Assembly: GCA_964646425.1 (NCBI GenBank)
Contig: CAZYEI010000001.1
Coordinates: 4,731 to 68,730, forward strand
Direction of reading: 5' to 3'
Source of the DNA: an uncultured Eubacteriales bacterium
GTDB taxonomy: Bacteria > Bacillota_I > Bacilli_A > RFN20 > JAISJY01
Length of the DNA stretch: 64,000 nucleotides
In this document: positions 59,165 through 64,000 of the stretch, one piece after another
How positions within the stretch are numbered: the stretch's first letter is position 1
How the letters are laid out: every line of letters begins with the position of its first letter
The notes under the pieces: model-generated
What the model saw: the letters and a program-made list of their open reading frames with translations, nothing else
Database searches by the model: none
Told to the model about the DNA's origin: nothing
Position numbers and translations under genes: made by a program

Positions 59165-59215
59165 AACGTATGTCAAGTTATGGTGAAGAATTTTCCCACA
59201 ACTTACATACGTTTT
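59165..59215. terminator. Bidirectional intrinsic terminator between the MATE gene and the convergent hydrogenase gene
   Basis: A hairpin AACGTATGT-AAGTT...AACTT-ACATACGTT is flanked by an A-run and a T-run. Confidence 0.7.
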
Positions 59216-59218
59216 TAT

Positions 59219-60646
59219 TTATTTTAAAACACCAATAGCATCAGAAATTGTTTTTTCCATTGCTTCTTTACCATATTTATCAACTTCATTTTTATCTTTA
59301 GCTTCATGAGTAAGGTTACAAGGTCCCCCAATACAACCTCCAACGCATGCCATACCTTCGACAAAGTTGTTTGGTAATGCTCCACGAGACGCTTTCATCA
59401 AAGCCATTTTACATTGTTCAATTCCATCACAAACGAGAGGATTAATAATTGATGTATCTAGGTTCATTTCAGTTGCTGCTTGTTTTACAGCATCTGTTAA
59501 TCCTCCGATACGAGCAAAAATACGGCCAAAATATGATGCATTATCTAAATAGTCTAATGGTAATGTTGACATATCAATTTCTTTTGAATCGATTAGTGCT
59601 TGTAATTCCTCAAAAGTTAATACTGAATCAACATATGGTTTAACCTTTTCTTTTTGCATCTCCATTTTTTTAGCAGTACATGGTCCGATAAAAACAATTT
59701 TACTTGTTGGATCAATTTCTTTAATATATTTTCCCAACTCAGCCATTGGCGAAAAATTATGAGAAATTTTATCTACCATTGTTGGAAAGTTTTTCTCGAT
59801 AAAACTAACAAATGCAGGACAACAAGAACTTGTTAAGAAACCTTTTTCATATAATTCTTTTGTTTCTTTCATTGCAACCATATCAGCTCCAAGTGCTGCC
59901 TCTACAACACTATAGAAACCAAGTTGTTTCATTGCACTGACTACTTGGCCCAATTTAATTGCAGGAAATTGAGCTGAAATTGAAGGAGCAACAATAGCAT
60001 ATACCTTATATTTACTATTTTGTTCACTCTTTTTAATCATATCAATTACTTCAACAATATATGATTTATCATTAATAGCTCCAAATGGACATTGATAAAC
60101 GCATGCCCCACATCTAATACACTTTTCTTCAGATATTTGAGCAGCATGTGTATCTTCATTCATTGAAATTGCTTTAACCTTACAAGCATTTTCGCATGGT
60201 CTTTTTCTATTGCCAATTGCATTATATGGACACACATTTGAGCATAATCCACAATTAACACATTTTGATTTATCAATATGTGCTTTTAGATGTTCATCAA
60301 ATGTAATTGCACCTTTTCTACATGCATTAGCACATCTATGAGCTATACATCCTCGACAAGCATCAGTAACATAATAACCACCAACAGGACATTCATCACA
60401 AGCAATATCGATTACTTCAATAACATTAGGATTGTTTTTATCGCCACCCATTGCTAGTTTAATTCTTTCACCAACAATTGCTCTTTCCTTATATACACAA
60501 CAACGCATTGTTGCTTTTGGTCCTGGAACAATTTCTTTAGGAATTTCTGTAAAACATTCCATTAATCTATCTTCAAATGCATGTTTAGCTACGCTTTTCA
60601 AAACATTATACTTTAATAATTGAACGGTTGTATCAAACTTCGCCAT
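59219..60646 (-). CDS. [FeFe]-hydrogenase catalytic subunit (HfsD/HydA-like) with N-terminal ferredoxin-like cluster-binding domains
   Basis: 4Fe-4S motifs CVNCGLCSNVCP and CIRCGACVYQCP are present. The H-cluster motifs are L1 TSSCCPAF, L2 GPCTAKKME and L3 EGMACVGGCIGGPCN. Confidence 0.8.
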   Translation of the reverse strand: MAKFDTTVQLLKYNVLKSVAKHAFEDRLMECFTEIPKEIVPGPKATMRCCVYKERAIVGERIKLAMGGDKNNPNVIEVIDIACDECPVGGYYVTDACRGCIAHRCANACRKGAITFDEHLKAHIDKSKCVNCGLCSNVCPYNAIGNRKRPCENACKVKAISMNEDTHAAQISEEKCIRCGACVYQCPFGAINDKSYIVEVIDMIKKSEQNSKYKVYAIVAPSISAQFPAIKLGQVVSAMKQLGFYSVVEAALGADMVAMKETKELYEKGFLTSSCCPAFVSFIEKNFPTMVDKISHNFSPMAELGKYIKEIDPTSKIVFIGPCTAKKMEMQKEKVKPYVDSVLTFEELQALIDSKEIDMSTLPLDYLDNASYFGRIFARIGGLTDAVKQAATEMNLDTSIINPLVCDGIEQCKMALMKASRGALPNNFVEGMACVGGCIGGPCNLTHEAKDKNEVDKYGKEAMEKTISDAIGVLK

Positions 60647-60658
60647 TCTAACTTCCTC

Positions 60659-61834
60659 CTAAAAATAACTGACTTTAATTTTTTTATTCATTTTTTCAAG
60701 ACACTTAGATAAATCTTCAACTAATTGCATCTTTATATTAAATGTAATAGGTAATTCTGGATTTTGGTGGGCAGGATTTATTGCCTTACCAACAAAGAAA
60801 TTAATATCAGTTGCTTCTTCAAACAATACTTTTGCGATTTTTGAAGCGCCATCATGACGATAATTCCATTCATAATAAAATTCATTATCATTTAAGTAAT
60901 CTTTAGCATATTCTAAAACCTTTGCAAAAGTAATAACCCCTTCTGTAACTAAGTCTATACCTTCAATTTTAGCCATTGGAGGAATATCAGGAGATAAACT
61001 TTCTAAATCAACTTCTATTTCTTTACCTAAATATTTTGCCACAATATTTGATGTAGTGCCACCACAAACAATATGTTTTCCATCTTTTCCTAAGAAAAGC
61101 GATAACATTTTATTATCATTAGCTGAATCAACTGGAGGCCCAATCAATAAATTAACTGGCTTTCTTTCTCTAATTTTAATGGCACAAACTGTTGTATCAT
61201 CACCAGGTTTAAATGCATATAATTGATTGCATTTATCAAGCAATAATGTTGCTGTAGACTTTGCCGAACGATCATTTTCAAAGTTTTCTTCCATAAATTT
61301 AACAATATTCTTTCTAGTCCAACCTAAATTTAATGATTGTCCAACACCAGCATGAATTGCGCCATCACTCATAAGCACGAAAACATCATCTTTCATTAAT
61401 GATATTCTTGCCTTATATATTGTTTTCCCCTCAATTTCTAAAGCCGTTTCTGGATATGCTCTACTTAATCCATTTCGCAATAAAATAACTGAAGGATTAT
61501 CAAAATTAATAATTTCAGCTTCGGAATTATTAACAATACGTAAAATTGTGAAAGTCGAATAAGCTAATTTTCTAACTTCACAAATTGGTAATGTTGAAGC
61601 AATTGTGGAAACACATTCTTCAAGCGGCATATTACTCGCCATCATAGTTGAAATAATCGTTGAAGTTAAGGTAGATAAAATACTAGCTTTAACCCCACTT
61701 CCAAGACCATCAGCAAGCACAATAACCGTAGATTGCTCATTTTCTTGCTCAATTATTTTTATGTGATCACCACATAATTGTTCGCCATATTTATTAACAC
61801 TAGAATAACCGATTTCTGTTGTAAGATTATTCAT
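60659..61834 (-). CDS. PP2C-type (SpoIIE-family) serine phosphatase, HfsC-like
   Basis: The N-terminal region ...CGDHIKIIEQENEQSTVIVLADGLGSGVKASI... carries the PPM metal-binding Asp residues. The gene overlaps the sensory hydrogenase gene by 8 nt. Confidence 0.7.
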   Translation of the reverse strand: MNNLTTEIGYSSVNKYGEQLCGDHIKIIEQENEQSTVIVLADGLGSGVKASILSTLTSTIISTMMASNMPLEECVSTIASTLPICEVRKLAYSTFTILRIVNNSEAEIINFDNPSVILLRNGLSRAYPETALEIEGKTIYKARISLMKDDVFVLMSDGAIHAGVGQSLNLGWTRKNIVKFMEENFENDRSAKSTATLLLDKCNQLYAFKPGDDTTVCAIKIRERKPVNLLIGPPVDSANDNKMLSLFLGKDGKHIVCGGTTSNIVAKYLGKEIEVDLESLSPDIPPMAKIEGIDLVTEGVITFAKVLEYAKDYLNDNEFYYEWNYRHDGASKIAKVLFEEATDINFFVGKAINPAHQNPELPITFNIKMQLVEDLSKCLEKMNKKIKVSYF

Positions 61835-63509
61835 CTTTCAAAGTCTCCTTTAATTTAGTTAAAGCAATCTTTGTTTCAGCAGTTGTCTCACCAAGCAATG
61901 AAGCAATTTCTTGTACAACTCTCATTTGCTTTTCAATCACTTTATCGGTTACTTCAATTGTTTTACGACTCATTTCATCTTTCTTTTCATGTTGAATTTC
62001 TTCTTTAGTAATATCACGCATAATAGACATTAAAATATGATAGTTTTTATCATAGATAATTGTTTCTTCGATATATTTTTTATACTCTGCTAAATATGAA
62101 CGCTTATCTTTAATTGTAATTTCATCAGTCATAGCATGCATATAATCACGAGGGTCTAATATGCTAACGCTAGAAACACCGATAACATCTTTAGGCTCTC
62201 TAATATTCAAAATATTACAAGCTGATTGATTTATTAGTTGGATTTCTAACGCTTCATTTAAAACAATAATTCCATTTGGAGAATTATTAATTATTGTGTC
62301 TGAAAATGATTCAGCTTTTTCCTTTAAAAATGGCAAGCACATTGAAATATCGGCTTTTCTTTGATAAACAGCTATCGCTTTTTCACGACATGTATCATAA
62401 CCACAACTTCCACAATTTAATTCATCTTCTTTGCGGGTTTTGCCCATATCTTTTAAGATTTGTTTTATGATATCTTCGCTTGGACGAGGCATATAGACAT
62501 CTTTAACTTTTATTTCTTTATGCAAGTCAGTAGCGCTAGGTTGCTTAATATTAATGTCTTCTTTTCCTGTATATTTGTTGACTTCAACATAATCACGAAT
62601 TAAATGCCTACGTTTTGATTTATCCATAACTGGACCACCGATACAACTGCCAATACATGCAGACATTTCAATAAAACAATGTGAAAGATTTCCATTTTTA
62701 ATATCTTCTAAAGCATTCATACAATTCTCAACACCATCAAGTGTTATATATGTATAATCTGTTGGAAACTTATCCATTGAGGCAATAACACCACCAGTTG
62801 TTGGAAAAATTCGTGCCTTTCCTTTTTCATCTATATCTTTTTCATTTGGATCTAGTTCAATATTATTTTCTTCAAGCCACTTAGAAAATTCTTCAAAAGA
62901 AAGCACGCAATCAATATATCCTTGATATTCATCTGCCTCAGCCTTTTTAGAAATGCAAGGTCCTACAAAGATTGTTTTGCAATTTGGATGTTCTTGTTTT
63001 AATTTTGCCCCATGGGCAAGCATTGGTGATAAAACATCAGCTAAATATGGTAGCAAACTAGGATAATATTTTTGAATTAAAGTATTAATTGAATGACAAC
63101 AAGAAGTAATAATAATATCTTTTTCTTGGTTTTTAACCATTTCTTCATAACGCTTTTTGACAATAGTAGCACCTACTGCTGTTTCTTCAGCACCTGCTAA
63201 TCCTAATTTTTTAACAGCCTTATCAATAGCCTTAATAGTAATACCATCATAATTTGCAATAAAAGAAGGGGCTATGCTAACATAGACCTCTTCCTTATTT
63301 TGTACGAACGATTTAGCAATTGGCAAATCATCACGAATTAACTTTGCATTTTGTGGACAAACGACAAAACACTTACCACACATTATACATTCATCATATA
63401 CAATAAGGGCTTGGTCATTTGCAAAACTAATTGCTTTTACAGGACAATTACGAATGCATTTATAGCAATTTTTGCAATTTGATTTTTTTAACTTTAGATA
63501 TTCTCTCAT
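61827..63509 (-). CDS. Sensory-type [FeFe]-hydrogenase-like protein with a C-terminal PAS domain (HydS/HfsB-like)
   Basis: An N-terminal 2x[4Fe-4S] domain (CIRNCP, CGKCFVVCP) is followed by H-cluster-like motifs with an altered L1 (TSCCHS), GPCISKK and EMSACIGSCIGGP. A PAS-like C-terminus ends the protein (...IINNSPNGIIVLNEALEIQLINQSACNIL...). Confidence 0.7.
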   Translation of the reverse strand: MREYLKLKKSNCKNCYKCIRNCPVKAISFANDQALIVYDECIMCGKCFVVCPQNAKLIRDDLPIAKSFVQNKEEVYVSIAPSFIANYDGITIKAIDKAVKKLGLAGAEETAVGATIVKKRYEEMVKNQEKDIIITSCCHSINTLIQKYYPSLLPYLADVLSPMLAHGAKLKQEHPNCKTIFVGPCISKKAEADEYQGYIDCVLSFEEFSKWLEENNIELDPNEKDIDEKGKARIFPTTGGVIASMDKFPTDYTYITLDGVENCMNALEDIKNGNLSHCFIEMSACIGSCIGGPVMDKSKRRHLIRDYVEVNKYTGKEDINIKQPSATDLHKEIKVKDVYMPRPSEDIIKQILKDMGKTRKEDELNCGSCGYDTCREKAIAVYQRKADISMCLPFLKEKAESFSDTIINNSPNGIIVLNEALEIQLINQSACNILNIREPKDVIGVSSVSILDPRDYMHAMTDEITIKDKRSYLAEYKKYIEETIIYDKNYHILMSIMRDITKEEIQHEKKDEMSRKTIEVTDKVIEKQMRVVQEIASLLGETTAETKIALTKLKETLKDE

Positions 63510-63539
63510 ACTAAAGTCCCCCTAACTGAAATTTTTTTA

Positions 63540-63785
63540 TTATAAAGCTTCTAGTACATATTTGTTAAAAACTTCTTCAAAATTTTCTGGAGTAACACCT
63601 GTTACAATTTCGTCATTAAATTTTACACTAACTCCAGCAGAAGCACATTTTCCTAAGCAGAAAGCAGCACTTAATTTAACTTTTTCAGTTAAATTATTCT
63701 TTGCTAAATGTTCTTTCATTAATTCAATAATTGGATAAGATCCTTTTAAATGACAAGAACTTCCTACACATACATAAATGTTCAT
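63540..63785 (-). CDS. Small thioredoxin-like [2Fe-2S] ferredoxin (HfsA/NuoE-like)
   Basis: The 81-aa product has four Cys in the CxxxxC...CxxxC arrangement (CVGSSCH...CLGKC). Confidence 0.55.
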   Translation of the reverse strand: MNIYVCVGSSCHLKGSYPIIELMKEHLAKNNLTEKVKLSAAFCLGKCASAGVSVKFNDEIVTGVTPENFEEVFNKYVLEAL

Positions 63786-63804
63786 ACAAATAATTCCTCC
63801 TAAA

Positions 63805-64000
63805 TTAATTTCCTTTATAAGCTTTTCTTAAAATTTCTTCCATGTCTTCTACTAATGGAACACGTGGATTTGCAGGAGAACATTGATCCTCATAAGCAAG
63901 TAAAGCAACTTTTTTGATTTGAGCATTCCATTCTTCTTCTTCAATTCCACAATCTTGGAAATTCATACCGATTCCAATTTCTTTTCCTAAATTCATAACT
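63805..64000 (-). CDS. Iron-containing (class III) alcohol dehydrogenase, C-terminal fragment. The gene starts beyond the window end.
   Basis: The C-terminal sequence ...AYEDQCSPANPRVPLVEDMEEILRKAY matches the conserved Fe-ADH tail (A..D.C...NPR....ED...I). The ORF remains open to position 64000. Confidence 0.5.
   Translation of the reverse strand, partial: VMNLGKEIGIGMNFQDCGIEEEEWNAQIKKVALLAYEDQCSPANPRVPLVEDMEEILRKAYKGN

Noticed and set aside
3851-60623. Numerous 60-120-aa ORFs from the six-frame track that lie antisense inside long genes, for example 3851..4099, 4559..4747, 11656..11946, 17561..17806, 20335..20535, 43362..43673, 45397..45768, 52853..53137 and 59367..59836
   Set aside because: They are embedded opposite well-supported long CDSs, have no SD, and are low-complexity AT-rich translations. 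Such ORFs are expected by chance in a 28% GC genome.
1-64000. Possibility of a Mollicutes-type genetic code (UGA = Trp), given the very low GC content
   Set aside because: All long genes are intact under the standard code and Trp is encoded by TGG. An M15 peptidase with a PG-binding domain implies a cell wall. Standard code 11 is therefore retained.
1-64000. CRISPR arrays, IS elements or transposases, integrases, tRNA or rRNA genes
   Set aside because: No spaced direct-repeat arrays, no transposase or integrase-like ORFs and no tRNA-like cloverleaf regions were seen in any intergenic segment. Every intergenic region over 100 nt is accounted for by promoters, leaders or terminators.

Overview
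This is a 64-kb window from a low-GC (~28% GC) anaerobic Firmicute. It uses the standard genetic code: long ORFs are intact and TGG encodes Trp. Almost all genes are on the minus strand. Inferred strand orientation and CDS start/end refinements are recorded per feature.

The window has three parts:

- 1..4.1 kb: metK, truncated at position 1, is preceded by an S-box (SAM-I) riboswitch and a consensus sigma-A promoter. Upstream of metK lie genes for a TSCPD protein, a membrane protein and an HI0933-family flavoprotein.
- 4.2..30 kb: a large accessory carbohydrate locus, most likely for beta-1,3-glucan (laminarin) use, with roughly 10.6..30.0 kb apparently forming one tightly coupled operon. It encodes a GH5 exo-beta-1,3-glucanase-like lipoprotein, a LacI-family regulator, two GH16 laminarinases, a 968-aa multi-domain surface lipoprotein with a C-terminal F5/8 discoidin domain, and a 1058-aa intracellular protein that may be a glycoside phosphorylase. 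It also encodes two CUT1-type ABC permease pairs with no ATPase, a lipoprotein solute-binding protein (SBP) flanked by hairpins, and a DUF5011/CBM4_9-like lipoprotein. Three items in this locus are unusual:
  - a membrane-anchored ORF and a signal-less SBP-like ORF separated by a single in-frame TAA;
  - a 704-aa protein with signal peptide, NHL-like propeller, TPR and a Yip1-like polytopic domain;
  - an 815-aa secreted protein of unknown function.
  Both consensus promoters of the locus carry cre/LacI-like GAAATCGnTTTC palindromes.
- 30..64 kb: mostly core genes. These include PAP2, asnS with a putative Asn T-box leader, coaD, an endolysin-like M15 peptidase, hflX, pepF and a BspA-like LRR lipoprotein co-transcribed with trmD. 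The cluster ylxM-ffh-rpsP-KH-[tetR]-rimM-trmD is present. So is ftsY-rnc-plsX-recG-yloV-asp23, with no fab/acpP or smc genes at the canonical positions. Further genes are a MarR regulator with two ABC exporters, rpmB and a MATE transporter. An hfsABCD-like cluster follows, encoding a 2Fe-2S protein, a PAS-containing sensory [FeFe] hydrogenase, a PP2C phosphatase and an [FeFe] hydrogenase. Next to it lies a partial Fe-type alcohol dehydrogenase.

I found no rRNA, tRNA, CRISPR array, transposase or IS element.
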